From assembly GCA_902787375.1 (NCBI GenBank), contig CADAGD010000004.1, positions 28,018-92,017 on the forward strand: a stretch of DNA of 64,000 bases. The letters run 5' to 3'. Below the pieces are notes generated by a model. That model was not told where the DNA came from, did no database searches, and saw nothing but the letters and a program-made list of their open reading frames with translations. Position 1 is the stretch's first letter, and each line of letters begins with the position of its first letter. Of this stretch, positions 28,765 through 38,032 are shown in pieces. This stretch comes from an uncultured Eubacteriales bacterium (GTDB lineage: Bacteria; Bacillota; Clostridia; Christensenellales; CAG-138). A program made the translations under genes and the position numbers.

Positions 28765-29133
28765 ATGAAATCTTTGGAAGAACTCAAAGCAATCCGCGAG
28801 AGAATGCAGAACAAGGTCATTCTCCGTGAGGGCGGCGCTGAGAAGCGCATAGTAGTCGGCATGGCGACATGCGGCATCGCGGCAGGTGCAAGACCGGTTC
28901 TCAACACATTCGTTGAGGAAATCGCAAACCGCGGTCTGACAGGCAGCGTTGAAGTAAGTCAGACAGGCTGCATCGGCATGTGCCGTTTTGAGCCGATCGT
29001 TGAGGTTTTTGAGGGCGAGCAGCGTGTAACATACGTTCATGTCGATCCCGCCAAGGCCAAGGAGATCGTTGAGAAGCATATCGTGGGCGGCGAGCCCATT
29101 GTTGAGTACACCGTCGGTTCGGCGGAAAAATAA
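28765..29133 (+). CDS. thioredoxin-like [2Fe-2S] ferredoxin (HydD-type small subunit)
   Basis: MATCGIAAGA and CIGMCRFEP motifs. ATG at 28765 preferred over the GTG at 28759. Confidence 0.8.
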   Translation: MKSLEELKAIRERMQNKVILREGGAEKRIVVGMATCGIAAGARPVLNTFVEEIANRGLTGSVEVSQTGCIGMCRFEPIVEVFEGEQRVTYVHVDPAKAKEIVEKHIVGGEPIVEYTVGSAEK

Positions 29134-29148
29134 CGGAGGGTTAGTTTA

Positions 29149-30942
29149 ATGATTCGTACACACGTTTTGATTTGCGGCGGTACAGGCTGCACCAGCGGAG
29201 GCAGTCAGGCGATTGCCGACGGTCTCAAGGTAGAGCTTGAGAGGCTCGGTCTTCAGGACGAGGTTCAGGTCATCAGGACGGGCTGCTTCGGTCTTTGCGC
29301 CATGGGCCCCATCATGATAGTTTATCCCGAAGGCACATACTACAGCCGTGTTAAGCCCGAAGATGTCAAGGAGATCGCTGAGGAGCATTTCCTCAAGGGA
29401 CGCGTAGTAGAGCGTCTTGTTCATAAGGAAGAAGCCGGTCAGAAGCTTGAGGACGTTCCCGCTCTCGGCGAAACCAACTTCTATAAGACACAGATGCGTG
29501 TCGCTCTCCGTAACTGCGGTGTTATCAATCCTGAGAACATCGAGGAGTACATCGCCATGGACGGTTATGCCGCTCTCGGCAAGGTTCTTACGGAGATGAC
29601 TCCCCAGCAGGTTATCGACACCATGAAGGCGTCCGGTCTGCGCGGCAGAGGCGGCGCGGGCTTCCCCACCGGCATGAAGTGGCAGTTTGCTGCGGCAAAT
29701 CAGGCTGATCAGAAGTACGTCGTATGTAACGCCGACGAGGGCGACCCCGGCGCGTTCATGGATCGTTCCATACTTGAGGGCGACCCCCATGCCGTTCTTG
29801 AGGCTATGGCTATCGCGGGTTACGCTATCGGCGCATCCAAGGGCTATGTATATGTCCGTGCCGAGTACCCCATTGCCGTTGACCGTCTTCAGATAGCTAT
29901 CGACCAGGCCCGTGAGTACGGTCTGCTCGGTGAGGACATATTCGGCACAGGCTTCAACTTTGACGTTGAGATTCGTCTTGGCGCAGGCGCGTTCGTTTGC
30001 GGCGAGGAAACGGCTCTGCTGACCTCCATCGAGGGCAATCGCGGCGAGCCCCGCAATAAGCCCCCGTTCCCCGCTAACAAGGGTCTGTTCGGCAAGCCCA
30101 CCATCATCAACAACGTTGAAACTCTTGCAAATATCCCCCAGATATTCATGAAGGGTGCCGAGTGGTTCGCCTCCATGGGTACAGAGGACTCCAAGGGTAC
30201 AAAGGTCTTCGCTCTTGGCGGAGCTATCAACAACACAGGTCTTGTTGAGATTCCTCTTGGCACAACACTTCGTCATATCATCTATGATATCGGCGGCGGT
30301 ATCCCCAAGGGCAGGAAGTTCAAGGCTGTACAGACCGGCGGCCCCTCCGGCGGATGTATTCCCGCTCAGTTCCTCGATACCCCCATCGACTACGCCAACC
30401 TCACCAAGATCGGTGCTATGATGGGCTCCGGCGGCATGATAGTTACCGACGATTCCACATGTATGGTAGACTTCGCAAGGTTCTTCCTTGACTTCACCGT
30501 TGACGAGTCCTGCGGCAAATGCACACCCTGCCGTATAGGTACACGCCGTCTTCTTGAGCTGCTCCAGAAGATTACAGATGGCCGCGGAGAGCCTGAGGAT
30601 CTCGATAAGCTCGAAGAACTCTGCTATTACATCAAGGCCAACGCGCTCTGCGCACTCGGTCAGACCGCTCCCAACCCCGTACTCTCCACGCTGAAGTATT
30701 TCCGCGATGAGTATGAGGCACATGTTATCGAGAAGCGTTGTCCCGCCGGCGTCTGCAAGAACCTCATGCACTATGAGATTCAGCCCGACGTCTGCCGCGG
30801 TTGTACCGCCTGCGCACGCAAGTGTCCCGTTGGCGCTATCAGCGGAACGGTCAAGCAGCCTCACACAATCGACGTCAATAAGTGCATCAAGTGCGGCGCC
30901 TGCATCGAGACCTGTAAGTTCAACGCCATAGTCAAGAAATAA
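29149..30942 (+). CDS. hydB: NuoF-like NAD(P)H/FMN/Fe-S subunit of bifurcating [FeFe]-hydrogenase (HydB)
   Basis: N-terminal 2Fe-2S domain, GRGGAGFPTG FMN site, ESCGKCTPCR, C-terminal 2x CxxCxxCxxxC. Confidence 0.95.
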   Translation: MIRTHVLICGGTGCTSGGSQAIADGLKVELERLGLQDEVQVIRTGCFGLCAMGPIMIVYPEGTYYSRVKPEDVKEIAEEHFLKGRVVERLVHKEEAGQKLEDVPALGETNFYKTQMRVALRNCGVINPENIEEYIAMDGYAALGKVLTEMTPQQVIDTMKASGLRGRGGAGFPTGMKWQFAAANQADQKYVVCNADEGDPGAFMDRSILEGDPHAVLEAMAIAGYAIGASKGYVYVRAEYPIAVDRLQIAIDQAREYGLLGEDIFGTGFNFDVEIRLGAGAFVCGEETALLTSIEGNRGEPRNKPPFPANKGLFGKPTIINNVETLANIPQIFMKGAEWFASMGTEDSKGTKVFALGGAINNTGLVEIPLGTTLRHIIYDIGGGIPKGRKFKAVQTGGPSGGCIPAQFLDTPIDYANLTKIGAMMGSGGMIVTDDSTCMVDFARFFLDFTVDESCGKCTPCRIGTRRLLELLQKITDGRGEPEDLDKLEELCYYIKANALCALGQTAPNPVLSTLKYFRDEYEAHVIEKRCPAGVCKNLMHYEIQPDVCRGCTACARKCPVGAISGTVKQPHTIDVNKCIKCGACIETCKFNAIVKK

Positions 30943-30954
30943 GGAGTCAGCAAT

Positions 30955-32703
30955 ATGGAAATGATCAACATGACAATCAACGGACAGGCCGTTCAGGTTC
31001 CTGCCGATTACACAATACTCCAGGCTGCCGAGTCCGTCGGCATCCGCATCCCCACCCTTTGCTACCTCAAGGACGTCAATGCCATCGGCGCATGCCGTAT
31101 GTGCGTTGTCGAGGTTGAAAAGGCAAGAAGCAACCCCGTCGCCTGCTTGCAGCAGGTAGCCGAGGGCATGGTCGTAAGAACCAATACCCCCGCTCTGCGT
31201 CAGGCACGCAAGACCACCCTTGAGCTGATGCTGTCCAACCATCGTATGGACTGCCTCGGCTGCTCAAGAAGCACCAACTGCGAGCTTCAGACACTTGCTC
31301 AGGAGTATGGCTGCGAGAACCATAAGTTTGAGTTCGGCGAGCCCATGAAGCCCGACATCGACGATTCCGCCATCCACCTTGTAAGGGATAACTCCAAGTG
31401 CATACTGTGCCGCCGCTGCGTCGCTGTATGTAAGCATAACCAGCATTGCGCCGTCATCGGCCCCAACCAGCGCGGATTCAAGACCCACATTGCTTCCGCT
31501 TTCGAGATGGATCTCGATGAAACCGCCTGCATCAACTGCGGTCAGTGTATCGCTGTCTGCCCCACAGGCGCGCTCACCGAAAGGGACGATACCAAGAAGG
31601 TTTGGGCGGCTATTGCCGATCCCGCGAAGCACGTTGTCGTCGCTCCCGCTCCCTCCGTCCGCGTACAGCTCGGTGAGGAGTTCGGTATGCCCATCGGCTC
31701 CAATGTTGAGGGCAAGCTGATTGCCGCTCTGAGGCGTCTGGGCTTTGATCGCGTATTCGACGTTGACAACGCCGCTGACGTTACAATCATGGAGGAAGGC
31801 ACGGAGTTCATCCATCGCGTACAGAATGGCGGTAAGCTTCCCCTTATCACCTCCTGCTCACCCGGATGGGTCAAGTTCTGTGAAACCTACTATCCTGAGT
31901 TCATCGAGAACCTGTCCTCCTGCCGCAGCCCCCAGGGCATGTTCGGCGCTCTCGTCAAGTCCTACTATGCCGAGAAGGCGGGCATCGATCCCAAGGACAT
32001 CGTTGTTGTCAGCATAATGCCCTGCACAGCCAAGAAGTTCGAGGCTGCGCGCGACGAGCTTTCCACAAACGGTCTGAGGACAATCGACGTATCCCTCACA
32101 ACCCGTGAGCTCGGCAAGATGATAAAGGAAGCCGGCATTAAGTTCACAGAGCTTCCCGATGAGGAGTGCGATCCCTTCCTCGGCATCGCTTCCGGCGCGG
32201 GTCACATATTCGGCGCAACCGGCGGTGTTATGGAAGCCGCTCTCAGAACCGTTTATGAGATACTCGAAGGCAAGCCTCTTGAGAACCTCGACATTCACGC
32301 CGTCCGCGGCACCGAGGCTATCAAGGAAGCCACGATCAAGGTTGCCGGTATGGACGTCAATGTTGCCGTTACCAGCGGTCTTGAGAACGCAAGCAAGCTG
32401 CTCGATATGGTCAAGTCCGGCGAGAAGAATTATCACTTCATCGAAGTCATGGCTTGTCCCGGTGGCTGCGTAAACGGCGGCGGTCAGCCCCATCAGCCCG
32501 GCTTCGTCCGCAACTTCAAAGACCTGCGCGCTGTTCGCGCCTCCGGTCTGTACTCTGAGGACGCCGCTATGACGCTCAGGAAGTCCCATGAGAACCCCGA
32601 AGTCAAGGAGCTGTATGACAACTACCTTGAGAAGCCTGGCTCCCATAAGGCACATGAGCTGCTCCACACCAACTATCAGAAGCGTCCCATGTACCGCGAC
32701 TGA
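30955..32703 (+). CDS. hydA: [FeFe]-hydrogenase catalytic subunit (HydA, trimeric/bifurcating type)
   Basis: N-terminal 2Fe-2S plus His-ligated and 2x[4Fe-4S] domains. L2 MPCTAKKFE, L3 EVMACPGGCVNGGGQP. L1 reads TSCSPGW (see findings). Confidence 0.95.
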   Translation: MEMINMTINGQAVQVPADYTILQAAESVGIRIPTLCYLKDVNAIGACRMCVVEVEKARSNPVACLQQVAEGMVVRTNTPALRQARKTTLELMLSNHRMDCLGCSRSTNCELQTLAQEYGCENHKFEFGEPMKPDIDDSAIHLVRDNSKCILCRRCVAVCKHNQHCAVIGPNQRGFKTHIASAFEMDLDETACINCGQCIAVCPTGALTERDDTKKVWAAIADPAKHVVVAPAPSVRVQLGEEFGMPIGSNVEGKLIAALRRLGFDRVFDVDNAADVTIMEEGTEFIHRVQNGGKLPLITSCSPGWVKFCETYYPEFIENLSSCRSPQGMFGALVKSYYAEKAGIDPKDIVVVSIMPCTAKKFEAARDELSTNGLRTIDVSLTTRELGKMIKEAGIKFTELPDEECDPFLGIASGAGHIFGATGGVMEAALRTVYEILEGKPLENLDIHAVRGTEAIKEATIKVAGMDVNVAVTSGLENASKLLDMVKSGEKNYHFIEVMACPGGCVNGGGQPHQPGFVRNFKDLRAVRASGLYSEDAAMTLRKSHENPEVKELYDNYLEKPGSHKAHELLHTNYQKRPMYRD

Positions 32704-33320
32704 TAAAGCTTAAATAATCTCACGTTTGAGAATTGCTGTTTCTCAACGTGATGAGAAAGGGGCTGTTGCCTGCAAGTAAATTGCATGTGCAATAGCCCCG
32801 TTCAATTCCCGTTTGGAGAAATAATGGATTTTTTGACAGCATTAGTTTTACGGATTTCTTCTTTAATACATATCCGGGATATTTCCTGCAACTGATTCCT
32901 ATAACTTTAATTACCGGAATGATATATTATCTTGTTGCACTACGCAAGAATAAGGAAATACCTTCATACCGAAAAATAGCCCGTGTATTGTTGTCTGTTA
33001 TATCTTTGGGTTTTTAGGCTTAACGCTGTTTATAGACCGAATAGGCGATATTTGGTATTGGATACTTTTTCAGACAGGGTCAGGACGTGTATACTACCCT
33101 CGACATTGTTTTTTCTGATTTCCAAAGCCATAAGGGTTAGCAGGAACAAGAGAATACCATGAAAGCGTATCGGGAGGCCGTATTGTACCTTCCGATTTTA
33201 TATGGGGAATAAATACCATACTGACTATTGCTTATAAGATGCAAGTATGAGATAATGGAAACAGCAGAGAAAACAATCTGAAAATCACAATAACAAAGCA
33301 TTGCATAGTCAGGAGAAAAA

Positions 33321-34058
33321 ATGGAGTTACTTGCACCGAGGATAATTGTATTTGCGGCAATCGCTGTAATATCGCTTGCGGCATTTCTGCTTGTATATTT
33401 TAAGACCAAATCAAGCAAATCGTTCATATTGCTCTGCGTTTGCGCTGTTGCTCTGATATGTTTTGTGTACAGCATATTGCCGCACGGTGCTGAGCTTATG
33501 CTCGACGCGGATAAGGTCGATTTTAATATTGAGAGCATTGATAAAGCCGCGGACCTAATAAACGCGGCTTGCGAGCTTGAGGATGATGAGATTGCGGAGT
33601 ATTTAAAGAAGGGCAAGCTGACCAATCTTACGCTGAACAGATTTAAAATGAGCTTTTCAAACGGAAAATTCAAGCAACTGAAGACGGATATAATAGTACC
33701 GCTTGATGATTCGCTGGCTCGTAAGACGATAAATATTCAGGGCAACGGCAGCTTATCCAAGGGAACGGAGCAGATAGGCATAAAGGGCTCATTGTCACTC
33801 GGCGTTCTTAGGGAAATGCTTCGCGCGTTGAGCGATTCGGAAATAATAAAGGAGTTTACCGATGGGAATGCCACATTAAGCGGAATGGAAACGATAAGCA
33901 TTAAGGCGGATACTCCAGTGGAGAATACATATGTGCTGTCGGAAGGAAAGCTTGTGAAGTTTGAAGCGCAGGATGGGTGCTATTACAGCTTTGAACTTGT
34001 CGGCAGGGAGAGCCGCTATCAAATCATAATACCGAATCCCCAAAGGCTTTACATTTGA
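33321..34058 (+). CDS. membrane-anchored hypothetical protein
   Basis: GGAGAAAAAATG RBS/start. Two N-terminal TM helices. Preferred over the overlapping antisense ORF 33137-33673. Confidence 0.6.
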   Translation: MELLAPRIIVFAAIAVISLAAFLLVYFKTKSSKSFILLCVCAVALICFVYSILPHGAELMLDADKVDFNIESIDKAADLINAACELEDDEIAEYLKKGKLTNLTLNRFKMSFSNGKFKQLKTDIIVPLDDSLARKTINIQGNGSLSKGTEQIGIKGSLSLGVLREMLRALSDSEIIKEFTDGNATLSGMETISIKADTPVENTYVLSEGKLVKFEAQDGCYYSFELVGRESRYQIIIPNPQRLYI

Positions 34059-34367
34059 TGCTTGGAAAATTCAGAGGGTTACGCTATATAGAGGAAGTCC
34101 CGCGTTGCTCCTATAAGTCAAACAATCGGATTTACAAGGCTGTACCATTGGAACAGTACCTGTGGTTGTATTTGAAAAACAAGTGGAGTAAAGGATTGAT
34201 TTGGCAAAACATGATCATGGTTTTAAAGGTTGGGAGGTGTTTCCATACCTCCCGATTTTTACACGATAAACTATATATAATATTCAACCTATTGCCAACA
34301 AGCTGAGGGTATGAGATAATATGAATAAGGACAGGGATGTCCAAAAAAATAAAAAGGAGAGAGAAGT

Positions 34368-36389
34368 ATGAAATCAAGGAAGCTTTTGTCAATAGTATTG
34401 ACAATCCTGATGCTGCTTGCGGTCATTCCCGTTTCGGCATTGGCGGACGCTGCCGCGGCAAGCGTTATGCACCGTAAAATGTGGAATGATACGGACGCCA
34501 TATGGGATCGCATAGACGCTCAAGTCAAGCTCATGGATTCCCAGGGAGCGTCAAAGAAGGAGATACTCGAAGCCATTTATGATATTGCGGCAAACGGCGA
34601 GGGAATAATCTCCTGCGAATGGGATGATGAGAATACATTCCACTTTGTCCATGAGAGCGGCATGGTAAACGGCTATGATTGGCGCGTCAATCATTCCGAC
34701 ACGGCAATTCCCCATGACGCAAGTCAGGACTATGTTCTGACGTCAATGCGCAGCCTTACGACCGCTACCGATCTGGACGCGATACTGCTTGGGCCGTATT
34801 ACGGACAGGATTCATCCTTTACCAATCAGTACCGCAATGAGGTTCAGGCGGTTGCCAACTACACAGAGGGAAACTATACGATCTATTCGGGAACCAACGT
34901 CAACGCCGACGCCTGCCGTGCTATTGAGGATTACGGTGTGGTATTCTTTGACAGCCATGGCACATGCCTGGGCGGCAAGAGCTACCTCTGCCTGACAACG
35001 AACAACGGCTTCACGAACGAGGACTTCACTTCAGGCCGTGCCGCCAGAAGCGGAAGCGAAGCACTTGTAACAGGTGCATTCTGGGAGTATTACTGCCCCA
35101 ACATGAAGGCTTCAATGGTTTGGATGGCTATTTGCGAGGGCATGATGACGAATACGCTCGCTTATCCGCTTATGAACGCCGGTGCTGCCTGCGTATACGG
35201 ATATTCCCAGTCCGTCACATTCGCGGGCGAATACATTTATTCGGCAACATTCTGGAATCATATGAAGCAGGGTGAAAACGTAGCCGAGTCGTATGCCGCC
35301 ATGGTAAGCACCCACGGCGTATGCGATCCTCATGGCGACGCATATCCTGTCGTCGTGTCCGAGGACGACGCATATCCCTCGAATCCCGATTCGCCTCAGA
35401 CGGTAAATTGCGAGTGGCATCTTCCCAAGCCCTCCGATCTCGTCATAACCGACGCCGAGAGCGTGTATTTTGAGAATGACGAATATGGCATCGCGCCCAC
35501 ATTCTCCGAGAAGCTGATACCTGTAGTCAACCCGGAGGGAGCCAATAACTACACCTCCGTATGGGAGAGCAGCGATACGAGCGTTGCCACCGTTGACCGC
35601 AGGGGAGTTGTTAAAGCACTCAGGGAAGGAACTGCGACAATCACATATACGATAACCTCCACAGAGAACAGCAATACGCAGTATACCTACTCCGCTTCCA
35701 CAGTAGTAAGGGTTTCCAACCGTTATCTGCCTGAGGAGGAGATGTACGTTGCCACAAACGAGATGGTTCCCGGTGAAACATATCTTATCGGCTATTGCTC
35801 CGGAAATCAGACCGTGGTCATGGGCAATGTCTATAATGATACAAATAATAACCGCACACTCAAATCCGTCGCCGTTACGGTCGGCGAGGTTTCGGGCGTT
35901 AAGTGTATCACAAGTGCTGTTGACGAGGGTATGCAGTGGGAATGGAACTCCAACGGATACATCAAGAACGTCGAAAACGGCAAGTATCTGAATCTCACGG
36001 GCAATTACCTGACGATGGGCAATACCCCCGTGGTCTGGACGTTCACCCCAACCACCGATGCGCAGACCGGCACGATCACAAATAACGCGAACAGCAACTT
36101 CAAATATCTCGGCGTCAGCAATAGTCTCACATACTTCAGCGTATTCCTCAAGGGCTATGAGCTGCAGCTTTTCCGCAAGCTCACCCGCGAGGCAGGGGAG
36201 CATGTTCCCGGCGATGCTGACGGTAATGGAGTTCTTGAGCTTGCCGATGTACTCATGCTCATCCGTCATGCTATGAATATCGAGAAGATTCCCGATGAGA
36301 GCCTGACTGCCTGTGACCTCAATAACAACGGCACTATTGACATGGACGATGCGCTTATAGCTATGCGTATGGTGCTTGGCTCAAGGTGA
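34368..36389 (+). CDS. secreted dockerin-containing protein with Big_2 domain and a possible caspase-fold (clan CD-like) peptidase domain
   Basis: Signal peptide. VVFFDSHG and MVWMAICEG strand-His/strand-Cys patterns. Big_2 (VWESSDTSVATVD...ATITYTI). C-terminal type-I dockerin duplicate (GDADGNGVLELADV / DLNNNGTIDMDDA). Confidence 0.85.
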   Translation: MKSRKLLSIVLTILMLLAVIPVSALADAAAASVMHRKMWNDTDAIWDRIDAQVKLMDSQGASKKEILEAIYDIAANGEGIISCEWDDENTFHFVHESGMVNGYDWRVNHSDTAIPHDASQDYVLTSMRSLTTATDLDAILLGPYYGQDSSFTNQYRNEVQAVANYTEGNYTIYSGTNVNADACRAIEDYGVVFFDSHGTCLGGKSYLCLTTNNGFTNEDFTSGRAARSGSEALVTGAFWEYYCPNMKASMVWMAICEGMMTNTLAYPLMNAGAACVYGYSQSVTFAGEYIYSATFWNHMKQGENVAESYAAMVSTHGVCDPHGDAYPVVVSEDDAYPSNPDSPQTVNCEWHLPKPSDLVITDAESVYFENDEYGIAPTFSEKLIPVVNPEGANNYTSVWESSDTSVATVDRRGVVKALREGTATITYTITSTENSNTQYTYSASTVVRVSNRYLPEEEMYVATNEMVPGETYLIGYCSGNQTVVMGNVYNDTNNNRTLKSVAVTVGEVSGVKCITSAVDEGMQWEWNSNGYIKNVENGKYLNLTGNYLTMGNTPVVWTFTPTTDAQTGTITNNANSNFKYLGVSNSLTYFSVFLKGYELQLFRKLTREAGEHVPGDADGNGVLELADVLMLIRHAMNIEKIPDESLTACDLNNNGTIDMDDALIAMRMVLGSR

Positions 36390-36420
36390 TCGAATAAACA
36401 ACTGATTTGATAAGACAAGG

Positions 36421-36439
36421 CCGGGAGCGACGCTCCCGG
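36421..36439. terminator. bidirectional stem-loop between convergent genes
   Basis: CCGGGAGCG-A-CGCTCCCGG, followed by TGATTTTC on the plus strand. Confidence 0.65.
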
Positions 36440-36455
36440 CTGATTTTCATAATCT

Positions 36456-37535
36456 TTATTTGTTGCTTGCTTTGCTGTAAACCCGCATAAACCGAGGACT
36501 TTTCCGCTCATACAGCAGCTCCGCCATGCGGTCGGCGTTTTGGATAACGGATTGTTCATGGACGCATTGCACATGAGGAACCTCGTGCATATTGCCCGTC
36601 ATGCTGAAATTAAGGCAGGCGCAATGGTGACGGCAGCGTTTTGCAAGCGTACAGCCATCGCAGCTTGCTTCGGGCAACAGCGACATTTGGTATATGCGCT
36701 CGCGTGCCTGTTCGTCAATGCCGCTGCTGACGCTGCCTATGCGGTATTCGGGGATATTGAGGAACTGATTGCAGGGGTATATGGAGCCGTCGGGAGCGAT
36801 CGACGGCTGCTTGTAGCCAAGACGGCATTCGATACAGGAGCGGGATTCCAAATGGCAGGCTATTTTGGACTCGAAATTCAGGTAATGCAGAGGCCGTTCA
36901 TCATCAAAATGAGAGGCACAGAACTCGGCAAGGATGCCGTACTGGGCGTCCAGCTCCTCCATGGAATTATCATCCCATGCGTTGTTCGGTCGGCAGTCTA
37001 TGGCTGTGTTCACACGCGAAAAGCCGCGAGCGTAGAGCCATTCCACCGACTCTGCAAGCCTGCCGACATTTTCGGGAAGTACGGTCATCATGGCGATGGC
37101 ATTAGGCTGAAGCTTCAAGAGCAGGTCTATCTTAGGCTCAAGAAGCCGTGAAGTGCCTCTGCCATCGGGAAAGACACGCTGAGCGTCCTGCAAAACGCCA
37201 TCATGGGAGAGGGCTATCTCCAGCTTATGCCTGTTGGCGGTTTCGATAAAGGCTTCGTCGAGCAGCAAACCGTTTGTGGTCATCTTGTATGACAGGGATG
37301 CACCGTGAGCTCGGTTCAGCTCCTCGCAGTATTCAAGTACCCGAATGATGGTTTTACGACACAAAAGGGGTTCCCCACCGAAAAAGGAGAACCCGTTTTT
37401 TTTATGCCCGTATGAAAACATCAGCTCGCAGGCGGAGAGAGCCGTTTCGGTACTCATGCGCGCATGGGAGTGCTTTTCATAGCAGTAGCGACAGCTTAAA
37501 TTGCAGTCGGCTGTTAAATGCAGAGTAAAGTTCAT
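36456..37535 (-). CDS. radical SAM enzyme with C-terminal SPASM/twitch-type auxiliary-cluster domain (AnSME-like architecture)
   Basis: CNLSCRYC (CX3CX2C) at residues about 11-18, GGEPLL. C-terminal Cys series C-x2-C...C...CDGC-x5-C-x3-C-x-C. Confidence 0.9.
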   Translation of the reverse strand: MNFTLHLTADCNLSCRYCYEKHSHARMSTETALSACELMFSYGHKKNGFSFFGGEPLLCRKTIIRVLEYCEELNRAHGASLSYKMTTNGLLLDEAFIETANRHKLEIALSHDGVLQDAQRVFPDGRGTSRLLEPKIDLLLKLQPNAIAMMTVLPENVGRLAESVEWLYARGFSRVNTAIDCRPNNAWDDNSMEELDAQYGILAEFCASHFDDERPLHYLNFESKIACHLESRSCIECRLGYKQPSIAPDGSIYPCNQFLNIPEYRIGSVSSGIDEQARERIYQMSLLPEASCDGCTLAKRCRHHCACLNFSMTGNMHEVPHVQCVHEQSVIQNADRMAELLYERKSPRFMRVYSKASNK

Positions 37536-37954
37536 CTGTTTTGACCGTTGCTGCCGTCGCCTGCATATGTGGGATTGGGGAGGTAATTGCCTGCGGGAGC
37601 TTCGTCGGCGGAGCCGTCGCCATCTATGGTGGAGGGATCGGGAAGTATATCGCCCATCAGCTCAGGGTCATCGTCTTCCGGCGGTTCAAGTATAATTCCC
37701 GTAGTGGATACCTCGCCGCCTGTCAATTCGGATGGATCGACTTCAATATCCCCTTCAATCGCAACGTCACCGGGTTCGGTTTCACAGATGGTGGAGGGGT
37801 CTGCAAGGGGTTCTCCTCCCAGTTCGGGCTTGCCGCAGCCGACAGCCGTTCCCGCGGCAAGCACCGCCGCTGCCGTGAGAATGCCGACCTTGCCCGGAAG
37901 AGAACGCTTGGACGGATAGCTCGGAGCGTATTCGGTCTTCTTTGATACCTTCAT
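37532..37954 (-). CDS. acidic lipobox-bearing repeat protein; candidate substrate/partner of the radical SAM enzyme
   Basis: GAGGAGG RBS. Basic n-region, hydrophobic core and TAVG|C lipobox. The mature part is rich in Asp/Glu/Pro/Gly with a repeated (D/N)P(S/T)x(I/L/Y) motif. ATGA overlap with the rSAM gene. Confidence 0.7.
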   Translation of the reverse strand: MKVSKKTEYAPSYPSKRSLPGKVGILTAAAVLAAGTAVGCGKPELGGEPLADPSTICETEPGDVAIEGDIEVDPSELTGGEVSTTGIILEPPEDDDPELMGDILPDPSTIDGDGSADEAPAGNYLPNPTYAGDGSNGQNR

Positions 37955-38032
37955 AATAATGCCTCCTCATGCAGTGAGAATGGATGATACACCTTCTGAC
38001 TATATAACGAACGAAAGCTCCAAAAGGTTGCA

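Noticed and set aside
29146-31242. 698-aa minus-strand ORF
   Set aside because: It is antisense to hydB and the 5' end of hydA, both with clear cofactor motifs on the plus strand. Shadow ORF.
32704-33320. 0.6-kb ORF-free AT-rich stretch with short hydrophobic ORF fragments; considered a decayed membrane-protein (VanZ-like) pseudogene
   Set aside because: The fragments are short and lie in different frames. I could not recognise any family motif, so the claim cannot be supported without a database search.
33137-33673. 178-aa minus-strand ORF
   Set aside because: It overlaps the plus-strand gene 33321-34058, which has an RBS and TM helices. The minus product is Ser-rich and low-complexity.
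35112-36269. 385-aa minus-strand ORF
   Set aside because: It is antisense to the dockerin/Big_2 protein gene. Shadow ORF.
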